From a virus (lineage: Duplodnaviria; Caudoviricetes), in the IMG/VR virus record IMGVR_UViG_3300038673_000315, positions 5,412-69,411 of that record: a DNA stretch of 64,000 nt. The stretch is one strand, 5' to 3'. Below the pieces are notes generated by a model. It did no database searches, had not been told where the DNA came from, and saw nothing but the letters and a program-made list of their open reading frames with translations. The stretch's first letter is position 1, and every line of letters begins with the position of its first letter. The position numbers and the translations under genes were made by a program. Positions 19,721 through 29,204 of the stretch are shown piece after piece.

Positions 19721-21217
19721 TTACACCATATTGTATTTATTGATAACAGACTGGTCAACACTAATGTTGCGAATTTCCACAAGCACGTTGGGCTTGTAGT
19801 ATTTCGGCACACCATACATGTTAATCAGACCGTGCATGAAACGACCTGTCCGGGCAAGATCGGTATTGTGTATCGGGAGCAACTGAGAAAATCCCATTAC
19901 ACGCGATTCGCCTGCGCTGGTCTGGTCAATGACAAACATACGCGCACATCCGGGAATGTATTCGTTTTTGTCTGCATATATAACAACTGCACCGCCAGCA
20001 GCAGCTTTTACTGTTGTCATATAGCGAAATTCTCCGCTTCCGGCAACCTTTTCTGAATAAATTTCAAAGCAGGTAGCTACTTTTGAACCAGCATCAGAGC
20101 CGTTAGGGGTAATGGCAATATCGATAGAACCACCAGCGGCGACATTTCCACCGAGAGTCACAATGTTGCACGCCTTTGAGCGACCATACGCATTTTTTGC
20201 ACATACGCGATAACGGTATGCTGCGCCGGACGGGCGAACACCGGTAGCGGTAAACTTAGAACCTGTTGTCCCGGTCTGAGCGGTCAATGTAATTGACGGA
20301 GTTCCGGGAGCTTTTTCGCTGGTCGCACCTTCAACCCATGATGCGGTTGACTGATCGAAATACTGCGGGACAACCCTGTTTTCATAGCACATTCCGAGAA
20401 GTTTGTCGCTGCGAACCTGCATTGTTCCGAACGGGGTTTCAATGCTGCGGGTTCTCGCGCCAAGAGTCAGGTTTTTATCGCCTGAGTTCATCAGCATGGT
20501 GTTAATGGTCGCGTCACGCGATCCGGAGATAATGTCGTGAATTGATTTTACCCCGGCAGGGGATGAATAAATCTTCGCATTATCCGGATTACCATTGCTT
20601 TCTTCAATGAGCTGTGACACAAGATTGAACACACTCTGTGAAATTGCAGCACCGCGCAAGTCGCGAACCTGATCCGCGCTCTGTTCTGAAATAGTTTTCT
20701 CCAGACCGTTAAAAGAAAGGGGAACCATTTCGTCATTGCCGGTATAGAGAGCCATGTTCAGATTGCGCAAAAGACGCATCATGGCCGAACGCTGTACGCG
20801 GGTTTTCGAGTCGATGATTTTCCGGGTAGCCTGTTCAACATCACCAACCTGCCAGCCTTCAGACATATAACGAATAATCGCAATGTCCTTTTTGAAAGCG
20901 GGGTCGCGAAATTCAGGGTTTTCCATCTGTCCGACAAAACCGCCATCGGACAGGCCGTGTCCGAGCTGCTGGTCATACTCTTCAACGGTCGAGAATGCCT
21001 TCAGCTTGTTAATGTCTTTCCACAGGGTAAAGTCCTGTTCGTTCAGCGTCAGGTCTGCAAGCATACCCTCAAGTGATTGCATGGTGAGAACGCCGCCAGA
21101 TGTTTCATACATACTGTCCACGCTTTCAGGCGCAAGTAGTGCCTTTGCCAGCCCGTCAACTTCAACAGAAGAAGCTGCACCGAGCTGAGTAGAGTCGAGA
21201 GAAAAAAGATCGTCCAT
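19721..21217 (-). CDS. Major capsid protein (SPO1/Twort-like type)
   Basis: 498 aa; GLAK|ALLAPESV...SGGVLTMQSLEGMLADLTL...STVEEYDQ parallels the Twort/K capsid pattern (VVK|S...GALRREILDDQITMLT); follows protease and scaffold. Confidence 0.88.
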   Translation of the reverse strand: MDDLFSLDSTQLGAASSVEVDGLAKALLAPESVDSMYETSGGVLTMQSLEGMLADLTLNEQDFTLWKDINKLKAFSTVEEYDQQLGHGLSDGGFVGQMENPEFRDPAFKKDIAIIRYMSEGWQVGDVEQATRKIIDSKTRVQRSAMMRLLRNLNMALYTGNDEMVPLSFNGLEKTISEQSADQVRDLRGAAISQSVFNLVSQLIEESNGNPDNAKIYSSPAGVKSIHDIISGSRDATINTMLMNSGDKNLTLGARTRSIETPFGTMQVRSDKLLGMCYENRVVPQYFDQSTASWVEGATSEKAPGTPSITLTAQTGTTGSKFTATGVRPSGAAYRYRVCAKNAYGRSKACNIVTLGGNVAAGGSIDIAITPNGSDAGSKVATCFEIYSEKVAGSGEFRYMTTVKAAAGGAVVIYADKNEYIPGCARMFVIDQTSAGESRVMGFSQLLPIHNTDLARTGRFMHGLINMYGVPKYYKPNVLVEIRNISVDQSVINKYNMV

Positions 21218-21218
21218 A

Positions 21219-22013
21219 TTATTTAGCCTCCATGAGATTTTTCACATATTCGCGCTCTTCAGCAGACAGAGCGGCAATTTTCTTCCCGGATGATTCAAAA
21301 ACGCTCATAATCATTCCGGCTTTGCGGTCTCCGTTTCCGATTGCCTTCGCCAGTGTCGAGTAAACCATTTTCACGCCGCTGTCAGAAGCAGGTGTAACCG
21401 CCTTCTGCATGGTTTCCGCAGGGATGGTTGAAAGTCCCTTTCTTCCGGTTGACTGAGAATAGGTTTTTTCCTGTTCTTCGGCCATCATCAGAGTGACATT
21501 GCTTGCTTTTTCCAAGAGTTCATGCGTTTCATGCTGGTTCGCCTGAAATTCATCAACCTTGTCGTTGAGCCGGAAAACGGCTTTCGTCAAAGCCTCAACG
21601 GAATTGGCAATCGCGCTGAGAGCCGGGGTCAGGTCTTCCATTGCTACAATCGCGCCATCTGCGGATGTGTCAATGTCGCCAACGGCCTTGTTGAGTTTTT
21701 CAACTTTGCCGCCCATGTCTTCCATCATTTTTTTACATGCTTTCTGATTTTCAGACATATAACGCCGCATGTTTTTCTTCATGTACTCCGCGTCATAGTC
21801 GTCATCGTCATCGTCTCCACCGTCAGCATCTTCAAGATTGTCGTCCTCGTCGTCATCCTCTGCTTTGAAAAGTGATTCCTGTTTCTCACCATTCAAAGCC
21901 TTTCTGAGTTTGGTCATTGCATCACTGCTTGAACCAGATTCCAGAAGAGCGATGATGTTCCCGGCTGTTTTCTCGTCGATACCTTTCGCAAGAAGTTCGT
22001 CTTTGAAATTCAC
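21219..22013 (-). CDS. Capsid scaffolding protein
   Basis: 264 aa, acidic and coiled-coil, between protease and capsid; contains seven hydrophobic-x-K-A sites (LRKA, LFKA, LNKA, LTKA, LEKA, MQKA, LAKA). Confidence 0.72.
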   Translation of the reverse strand: MNFKDELLAKGIDEKTAGNIIALLESGSSSDAMTKLRKALNGEKQESLFKAEDDDEDDNLEDADGGDDDDDDYDAEYMKKNMRRYMSENQKACKKMMEDMGGKVEKLNKAVGDIDTSADGAIVAMEDLTPALSAIANSVEALTKAVFRLNDKVDEFQANQHETHELLEKASNVTLMMAEEQEKTYSQSTGRKGLSTIPAETMQKAVTPASDSGVKMVYSTLAKAIGNGDRKAGMIMSVFESSGKKIAALSAEEREYVKNLMEAK

Positions 22014-22016
22014 TTT

Positions 22017-22907
22017 TCACACCTCTGCTTCAAAGTATTTATTGATAAGGGAAACAACCTTGCTCCCCGTATCTGCTTTATTGATTAAATCAAAATATGA
22101 CTTCACCGCCTTTTCATTGGCCGGTAAAGAACCGTTTGCAATTTTTATTACCACGTCAATCAAAGACAATCCATCATCATCAGACAGTGTCAGGTTTGAT
22201 ACAGTCTTTTCAAGAGACTGTTTTGTCAAAACGCCGCCACTTGTATTTGAAAGATCGGCCACGCTTTCCGGGGCTTCAATCGCCTTACGCAACAATATTT
22301 CATCGTCAATATGAAAGCCGTGACTGCAAAAATCCATCATATCGCCAAATTCAACCATCAAGTCGCCTTTTTGATTTCCGGCCTTTTGCAGCAATTCCAC
22401 ATTCATTCCCGGTTCACGGTTCACCACAGAATTGCATGGAGCGATTGCAAGATGGTCAAAATTTATCTTCGGTATAATCCGCTTTTTCTGCCCGTTTTTA
22501 TCCGTAACCTTGAAAACAACTTTTGCGCCGCCAATTGATCCGGCGAAAACAGGCTGCTTCGCTTCGAGATGGGGCATCATTTCAGCGACAACCGGATGCG
22601 ATTTGGTTAGGTCTGCAATTACAACAGGCTTTCCGTTTTCCCAGAGAAAGTCAACGGGACGGCCAAGAACCGCCCGCGCCCTTTCATTGTCGGACAGGTC
22701 GGGGTCTTTACTCTTATGCCACCAGTCAATGATCCCGATATTGAGAAAATTTTTAACGGTCTGTTCATCAAATGCTTGCTTGAGAACGGTCTCACCGTCA
22801 ATGTCTTCGGTTAAATGATTGGCTATTATTTTTACGCGAACAACGCCAGCGGGTACTTCCGCCTTCTCCATTCGCTCGATGCTCATGCCGTGTATTCTTA
22901 CAAGCAT
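22017..22907 (-). CDS. Prohead maturation protease
   Basis: 296 aa; DIDGETV, IDWWH, GSIGG and LAIAPC..VVN motifs resembling phage prohead proteases; upstream of scaffold and capsid. Confidence 0.75.
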   Translation of the reverse strand: MLVRIHGMSIERMEKAEVPAGVVRVKIIANHLTEDIDGETVLKQAFDEQTVKNFLNIGIIDWWHKSKDPDLSDNERARAVLGRPVDFLWENGKPVVIADLTKSHPVVAEMMPHLEAKQPVFAGSIGGAKVVFKVTDKNGQKKRIIPKINFDHLAIAPCNSVVNREPGMNVELLQKAGNQKGDLMVEFGDMMDFCSHGFHIDDEILLRKAIEAPESVADLSNTSGGVLTKQSLEKTVSNLTLSDDDGLSLIDVVIKIANGSLPANEKAVKSYFDLINKADTGSKVVSLINKYFEAEV

Positions 22908-22973
22908 TGTTTTTCCTTGCTTGCCCTTATCTGCGGGTTTTTGCTCATTTCCATAATAAACATAGGTTTAGCC

Positions 22974-23156
22974 TTAAATGTCAATAAGATTTTTGCAATG
23001 GCGGCATTTTGCTTTTATTTTTTTTGCATACTTGTCAAAAAGAATAAAAGTAGATTGCCGAACAATCATGCTCTCATTGTTTTCTATTGCAATCGGGTTA
23101 TGGCATATCGGGCATTTGACATGATGCGCATTTTCAAGAAATATCTTTTCATTCAT
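22974..23156 (-). CDS. Small zinc-ribbon protein (Com-like)
   Basis: 60 aa; CPIC...KAKCRHCK. Confidence 0.55.
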   Translation of the reverse strand: MNEKIFLENAHHVKCPICHNPIAIENNESMIVRQSTFILFDKYAKKIKAKCRHCKNLIDI

Positions 23157-23794
23157 TTTTTCTCACCCGCTTTCTTTGCAGCTTCAGCGTTCGCGGCCTG
23201 CTGCCTTGCAGCATTACGCTTTTTAACGTCTTCTCTCCGGGCTTCGTTTACCTTAGCACGGGTTTTATTCTCTGCGCCCTCGCCCGTTTCTTCAACTGTT
23301 TGCGCTGCGGCCTGGCCGCCACCCTTCGCTGAAAGAACATCGGCAAAAACGGTCATAATCTTTTTCAATGCCGTCTTCAAAACTGACTTCTGCTGCTCTT
23401 TTGCTTCCTCTTCTTCAATCTTTGGTTTTTCCTCTCCGGGCTTTTTGCTCTTTGTTTTTTTCTTTTTTTCTTCCACTGGCTTTTTTGCTCCGTCTTCCAC
23501 GGGAACCCACTTCCCATCAGCAACTTTTTTCTTTTTCACGCCCTTATATTCCCGCACCTCTCCGATTGCAGCCTTTCGCCCTTTTTCAAGCTGGTTTTTT
23601 CTCATGTAAACACGGCCATCAGAACCAACACCGACAAGGGAATATTGGCTGCTTTTTCTCTTGTAATGCTTCGGGTCATTGTCAAGATTGCGACACACGA
23701 TTTCAGACGCTTTCTGCACATCCGGCTCACTCTGCATTTCAATTCCAAGCGCATCAACAAAATCCTGCGGATCGTATTTATCATAAAGAAGCAT
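23153..23794 (-). CDS. Capsid-internal protein with DUF5661-like N-terminus
   Basis: LGIEMQSE...EIVCRNLDNDPKHY resembles DUF5661; followed by QLEKG and IGEVREYKG.KKKK..DGKW.PV. Confidence 0.5.
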   Translation of the reverse strand: MLLYDKYDPQDFVDALGIEMQSEPDVQKASEIVCRNLDNDPKHYKRKSSQYSLVGVGSDGRVYMRKNQLEKGRKAAIGEVREYKGVKKKKVADGKWVPVEDGAKKPVEEKKKKTKSKKPGEEKPKIEEEEAKEQQKSVLKTALKKIMTVFADVLSAKGGGQAAAQTVEETGEGAENKTRAKVNEARREDVKKRNAARQQAANAEAAKKAGEKK

Positions 23795-24628
23795 TGCTCA
23801 CCTTCTCGTATTGTCCGTTTTTGAAAATAAAAACCTGCTGTCCCTTGCCAAGTTTTTCGTTTATAGCTTTTTGCAGTTGCTCTGTTTTCGATAATTCTTG
23901 AAATAGCTCATCGAACATTTTGAAAAGCTCTTTTCTCGTTTCACCTTGCGGGTAAACCGCATAGGTAAAACTACCTTCTGCTCTTTTATGGCCTCTTTTT
24001 CTTCCGGGGTATATGCGTCAGCGATTGAAACATGACTTTCGCCATCTTCGCTGGCATTTTCAACAACTGGATTTTCTTTTACAGGCAGTGATTCAATCAT
24101 CTTTTCAGATTCTTTCCTTGCCTCACTTTCCGGCATCGTTTCAAAATTATTTTCCTGTTCTGTTTGTGCCTGCGCCTGCTGTTTCTTCTCTCCGTAAAGT
24201 TCATGGATAAACTTCATTACAGACAATCTTAATTCCGGTTTACGTCCTTTGATTTTTTCAGCGTCTTTTTTTGAAACTGCCGTTTTTTCACCGTCTTTCG
24301 TTTTGACGCTTTTCGCTTTGGCGAAAAATGCAGCCCACTTCTCCCGGTTCTCGAAATAATGCTGTATGTGCTTCGCCCATGCGTCAATGGTCAAATTGAA
24401 TTTTTCAGCAACTTCTAATTTTTGGAAATCTTCGCGGATTTTGTCTTCCGCCTGTTTTCGATCCTTAAAGCCGAACCAGTTCATTATCACATCGATAATG
24501 TTATTTTTTCGCGGGTGATCAAACGGCTTGACATATACCGTCTGCTGCTTGCCTTTCTTGTTTGTGATAACCTTTTTAACAAGTTTTGTCGTATCTTTCT
24601 TTGCCTTTTCCATATAATCAAATCTCAT
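23781..24628 (-). CDS. Capsid-internal protein, apparently frameshifted near 23960-24000
   Basis: The track ORF ends at 23861. The -1 frame reads ...EGSFTYAVYPQGETRKELFKMFDELFQELSKTEQLQKAINEKLGKGQQVFIFKNGQYEKVSNASL* to 23781, carrying the family LQKAI C-terminal motif and overlapping the next start. Confidence 0.55.
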
Positions 24629-24629
24629 A

Positions 24630-26672
24630 TTATTTTACCGCCGGTTTTTTAGTGTCTGCGTTTTTCAACCAGTCCTTAAACTCGCCCATTGACATTTTTA
24701 CCACCGAGCCGAGTCCCTTCCATCCCTTTGAATAATTTTCCATGTAGCCTTTAACGGCCTGATCCTCTCCGCGAAAACCAAGCATAATTTTGTGTTCGTC
24801 AAAAACACCCGAACGCGGATTGACTTGATTTATGACATACACTTCGGGGCTTGTCAGCGATCCACCGATGAAAACATCAAGATGGTCTCCGTCGTTACCT
24901 TCTGATCCGAGAATATATCCATAATGGCTTTTCATTGTCGTTTCCCACGGTCTGCCGTCCGCGTCCACGCCGCGCCGTTTTGATCCTTTTGGGTTTTCAA
25001 GTGAAATATTCAATCCCGAAAAAGACAATTTTCCTTTGCGGTAATTTCCTTCTTCAATTTCCGCCATAGTCGGGTTTTTCTCGGTTCGCTCTGCTGCGAA
25101 GAATAATCGCCGCTTAATCGGTGCATCGTCAACGCCGATACCGTGAATTGATTTTATTTTTTTGACAATATCATCTTTCGAGTATTTGAGAAAATCAATC
25201 GGGGTTCCGCCTGCTTCTGAAAACGCTTTCAGGTTGTGTTTCATGTCATCGACAAGAACGGTCAAATCATTCTCTGCATAGTCGCCTTTTGATTCAGAGA
25301 AAATAACATCGATATTTCCAAAGTGTTCTTTTACCCATTCGATTTTATCAGCCTTGCAGTATTTAACTGAAATCATCGGTGTTGTCAGAAATTTTACATT
25401 GAAATGTTTTTTCAACTCAAGAACCATCGAGCGGCCTTTTTCAATCACTTCCAAATCCCTGAAAAAGTGCGGGTCTTTTGCGCATTGAGTGTAAACATCT
25501 TTTCCGCTTATTTTGTCCGGCATAACTCCAAACATATCGCGGAATTTTTTTTCAAAATTCGCAACAACTCCGTCCATGTCAACATACACTGTCGCCTTTC
25601 CATCGTCGGCCTTGCTCATTGCCGAAAAAATACCACGGGTTGAAATCCGGCCATTGCACACCGGGATAGTGCGATCATTAATGGAGAGCATAGACAATCC
25701 GTCACGGAAAACCTTGACATTCTCCGCGATAACATCACGGGGGACAACAACTTCGTTCAGGTCAATCTTTGTTTTCGGTACAATGATTTTTCCCGACCTG
25801 ACATCAATCTTTGGATTGAAGAAAGACAATACGTCATCCTTTGCACCTTCCCAGACATCCAAATCAATACGATCCTGAATAATCCGATTGAATACGCCGT
25901 GAATAAACTGATACCCTGTCGGGTCTTCGTGCCTGAATATGTTATCGAAAGCAGGATTCACAAGCAGGGCTTTCAACGCCCATTTATAGAGAGTGCAAAA
26001 ATATTCTTCAAAATGAGAATGCTCCCACTGAAAGTTAAAGATTCCTGAAAATCTGGTGTCTTTAAATACATTTTGCAGGTTCTTTTTTTCTTCGGCAGTT
26101 AATACTGTCCGGAAAAATAGGTGTCCTATTTCATGGATTGCATTATCAATGTAGTTCTCCTGTTCATACATGTTCGCGTTGACGCCGACAAGTTCAGATA
26201 CAATTTTCTTTTGTCTGTATGCTTCCGGCTGATCCAGAAAATTGAATATTATTGAGTGTGGCGGCAAAAAGTATTCGCCAACCTTCAAACTGCAAAGAAC
26301 ACGCCGAAACTCTGTAATATCCGGCCATGTGTTTTTTCCGATTATGATAAAATCATCCTTGCGATCCGGTTCTTTTGCCAACTCATCATTGACGATAATC
26401 GCCGGAATGTTGTCGGCTTTTTTAAGCACAACCTGACAACCTGAATTTTCAAGAAAATGGTCTGCTTCGTAACCGGCAAGGAAAATACATTTTGCGCCAT
26501 TTTTAACAATGACAGGCGATCCACTGTTTATAGCATTTCGCAGTTCTTCTGCTGAATACGTTCCGTATGACACAAAAAAAGATTCAGACAGCCTGTCTGT
26601 TATTTTCCTGATTGAGTCTTTCTTTTCAGTATTGAATATTTTCAAAGCCTTTCTGATGCTGGATGTGTTCAT
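24630..26672 (-). CDS. Polyvalent protein: zincin metallopeptidase + HAD 5'(3')-nucleotidase + DarA-type inorganic pyrophosphatase-like domain
   Basis: HEIGH zincin motif; VYVDMDGVVANFE...VLVDD HAD motifs; C-terminal ISLENPKGS.RRG.DADGRPWETTMKSHYGYI...DGDHLDVFIG...DEHKIMLGF. Confidence 0.8.
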   Translation of the reverse strand: MNTSSIRKALKIFNTEKKDSIRKITDRLSESFFVSYGTYSAEELRNAINSGSPVIVKNGAKCIFLAGYEADHFLENSGCQVVLKKADNIPAIIVNDELAKEPDRKDDFIIIGKNTWPDITEFRRVLCSLKVGEYFLPPHSIIFNFLDQPEAYRQKKIVSELVGVNANMYEQENYIDNAIHEIGHLFFRTVLTAEEKKNLQNVFKDTRFSGIFNFQWEHSHFEEYFCTLYKWALKALLVNPAFDNIFRHEDPTGYQFIHGVFNRIIQDRIDLDVWEGAKDDVLSFFNPKIDVRSGKIIVPKTKIDLNEVVVPRDVIAENVKVFRDGLSMLSINDRTIPVCNGRISTRGIFSAMSKADDGKATVYVDMDGVVANFEKKFRDMFGVMPDKISGKDVYTQCAKDPHFFRDLEVIEKGRSMVLELKKHFNVKFLTTPMISVKYCKADKIEWVKEHFGNIDVIFSESKGDYAENDLTVLVDDMKHNLKAFSEAGGTPIDFLKYSKDDIVKKIKSIHGIGVDDAPIKRRLFFAAERTEKNPTMAEIEEGNYRKGKLSFSGLNISLENPKGSKRRGVDADGRPWETTMKSHYGYILGSEGNDGDHLDVFIGGSLTSPEVYVINQVNPRSGVFDEHKIMLGFRGEDQAVKGYMENYSKGWKGLGSVVKMSMGEFKDWLKNADTKKPAVK

Positions 26673-28039
26673 TTTCCCTCACGAAAAATGCGGATATAGT
26701 CTGTGCTGTCACGGTCAACGGGTATTGCCCCGGTTCTATTCTTTTTCCATTCCGAAAGTTTTCGGTCATAGTCACTGTGCGAAACTGCGGTATATGTATT
26801 GTCGCCAAGTTTCACCGTGTTGTCGCTTATTCTTTCTCGTTCGTTTTTTATTTCAACTCTTTTTTGCTGCGGGATGTAATCGCTCTTTTTTTGTATGCGT
26901 TTCACCCTGCCGTCTTTTTCATCGTAATATTCATTTGCCAAGTCAATAGGGGATAGTGTCGCCGCATTGTGGGGGTGTGCGGGTGTGCATATCATCCAAT
27001 CTTTTTTTTTCAGCCCTACATTGTTTTTCCCAACCCAAACCGCAATATCTGTATTAGGGTCTTTTATCCCTGCATCGGACAGCCTGTCGCTTGACAGGCT
27101 TTTTGCCAATGATTTTGGAATGAGCCTGACAAGAGTGCCAAGTCGCGGAGTACACCAGTCACACGTCCCGCCAGTAAATACAAAGTATTGAGCCTTCGAT
27201 GAGTCCTTCAGTGATTCTGCGGCCATGCCTTCATATTGAGACAGTGCAGCCGCCTCATAAACGGATTGCATTTCTGTAATTGCGATCCGCTTCCAGTTTT
27301 TCTTTATCCGGTCTGCGGTAAATTTGTTATCCGGGTCTTTTTCAACCTGCCAATACAGGTCAGATGCGATCTGTGTCGCGCTTTTACCGTCATCGAGTCC
27401 GCGCTTTACCTGTACGCGGATTGCCTCTTTTACATCATCTTTTGTATTTTGAACATGGATTGCAATATTCTCCCGGCAGTCTGAAAGATACCGTTCTTGA
27501 TTGTCTGCATTTTCAAAGTCAAAAGCCTTGTACGCCGATTCTATCGTTCGCGGCATTTTGCCTTTATACTGATCGAAATTAAGCTGATAAAGAGACATAT
27601 CCTGATAAGGGACATTTTCACGCCTGAATTTTGCGGTATTTATCCCGGCTAAAAACGCCTTTGCGGTCACATCATCATTGACTTTTGACAGTGTGTTATT
27701 CCAGTATTTATCAATGTAATTATTGATTGCATTCCATTCAGCAGGCGAAAGCGGTTTTCCACCACCGAAAAGCCGTTTTCCCCGTATTCTGAATTTTGGT
27801 ATTGTGTAAGAAAAAATATTTTTAAACCGTTCAAAGGTCTTGTCGAAAATTGATTTTTTCAATTCCGCCGGATTGCTCACAGATAATGAGTACGCTTCTT
27901 TTTCATCCATACCCAAATTGACAGATACGCCGACAAATATTTCAGCAATGACAGCAGAAACAAACTCAGTCCAATATTCTTGCAATTCCCTGATATATTT
28001 GACTTCGTTTCTTTCTGTGTGCTGTTCATTGCTTTTCAT
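26669..28039 (-). CDS. Head morphogenesis protein (SPP1 gp7 / Mu gpF-like)
   Basis: 456 aa; WKRIAITE, TCDWC, PAHPHNAATL motifs. Confidence 0.75.
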   Translation of the reverse strand: MKSNEQHTERNEVKYIRELQEYWTEFVSAVIAEIFVGVSVNLGMDEKEAYSLSVSNPAELKKSIFDKTFERFKNIFSYTIPKFRIRGKRLFGGGKPLSPAEWNAINNYIDKYWNNTLSKVNDDVTAKAFLAGINTAKFRRENVPYQDMSLYQLNFDQYKGKMPRTIESAYKAFDFENADNQERYLSDCRENIAIHVQNTKDDVKEAIRVQVKRGLDDGKSATQIASDLYWQVEKDPDNKFTADRIKKNWKRIAITEMQSVYEAAALSQYEGMAAESLKDSSKAQYFVFTGGTCDWCTPRLGTLVRLIPKSLAKSLSSDRLSDAGIKDPNTDIAVWVGKNNVGLKKKDWMICTPAHPHNAATLSPIDLANEYYDEKDGRVKRIQKKSDYIPQQKRVEIKNERERISDNTVKLGDNTYTAVSHSDYDRKLSEWKKNRTGAIPVDRDSTDYIRIFREGK

Positions 28040-28049
28040 TTTTCACCTT

Positions 28050-28292
28050 TTACGGAATTGTCGGCAAATAGACATAAGAGTCAACTTTTGGTAGTGCATT
28101 GATTTGAGATACATCGGTATTTGAAATCAATGCAGCGGGCAGGTCAAGAACAGTCTCCGGGCTGATTGCTTCCTTCGCCCATTCCTGTAAAATGTCGTCC
28201 ACGTCATCCAGTGTCTCAACACCAATAAAAACATTGTAGCTTTTCCCTTCGTGCTTAACAACACAAAGCCTTAAATTATTTTTGGTCGCCAT
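28050..28292 (-). CDS. Hypothetical protein
   Basis: Likely start ATG 28292 (MATKNNLRL), overlapping the holin end. Confidence 0.5.
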   Translation of the reverse strand: MATKNNLRLCVVKHEGKSYNVFIGVETLDDVDDILQEWAKEAISPETVLDLPAALISNTDVSQINALPKVDSYVYLPTIP

Positions 28293-28590
28293 TATTTCCC
28301 CCAAAAGGATTTTTGCCATGTTCAGCCATTGACTGCACGGATTTTCCGACATTCGCCGCCCCAAGAATTGCCCCAATCAAAGCAGCAACACCAAGAAAAA
28401 ACGCTGAAATGTACGGGGCTACTGTCTCCAGAGACACGCCCTTATAAAGAGACCATCCGGCAATAATGATATTTCCGACAACTGCAATAATGGCCAAAAA
28501 CCAGCAGACGCGGTGAGAATGGTAGAACCCCCACCGCATAGACGATATTTTACCATGAGAAGAGAGAATTTCTTTTTTTGTGTCATCCAT
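28276..28590 (-). CDS. Holin-like membrane protein (2 TM)
   Basis: Start MDDTKK at 28590, coupled to the amidase stop; SSMRW motif then two hydrophobic helices. Confidence 0.65.
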   Translation of the reverse strand: MDDTKKEILSSHGKISSMRWGFYHSHRVCWFLAIIAVVGNIIIAGWSLYKGVSLETVAPYISAFFLGVAALIGAILGAANVGKSVQSMAEHGKNPFGGNNGDQK

Positions 28591-29131
28591 TCTGCACCGC
28601 CAGAAGGTATAAAATTTCTGCGCCGACATTTGGCGGATTTGCGCCAACCATAAGCGCGAGTTTTGCCCAATCAAAAGAGTCTCCCGGGCAGAATTTTCTG
28701 GTCAATCCAGAAATAAACCGCCGACAATAATCATGCGACACGATAAACTGCAAAGGGCTTTCTTCGTTGAGTTTTTTGATAAGCCACGAAAGTGATTCAT
28801 ACTGTTGCGGAGTAAAGTCTCCGGTTCGGTGTATCAATTCAATGCCGATTGAAAAACTGTCGGCTGTTCCTGATTCTGAATGATAGCACCATGTATCAAT
28901 ATCCATAATCTGATAAATTGATCCGTCCTTGTCAATGGCGAAATGAAAAAGGCCAATCCCCTTTGAGTACAAATCTGCAAGCGCATCTTTCCCGGTCATC
29001 CACGCCTCAAGATTCGCAAAAGTTCCCTCCCCGTCAGTATGATGCACAACAATGGTCGATATTTTTTCCTTCGGTCTGGGAAATCCGGGAAAATATTTTT
29101 TTGAGATGTATTTCTTGTCCGTGATTTTCAT
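28583..29131 (-). CDS. N-acetylmuramoyl-L-alanine amidase endolysin (Amidase_2)
   Basis: IVVHHT, HFAIDKDGSIYQ, SIGIELIH and SHD zinc-amidase motifs. Confidence 0.88.
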   Translation of the reverse strand: MKITDKKYISKKYFPGFPRPKEKISTIVVHHTDGEGTFANLEAWMTGKDALADLYSKGIGLFHFAIDKDGSIYQIMDIDTWCYHSESGTADSFSIGIELIHRTGDFTPQQYESLSWLIKKLNEESPLQFIVSHDYCRRFISGLTRKFCPGDSFDWAKLALMVGANPPNVGAEILYLLAVQNG

Positions 29132-29204
29132 TTTTTCCTCTTTTATTTCCGATTGCTCAACGTCTGTCTTTCAGCGGAACCGTTTACAAAATGCGGTCAT
29201 TGTG

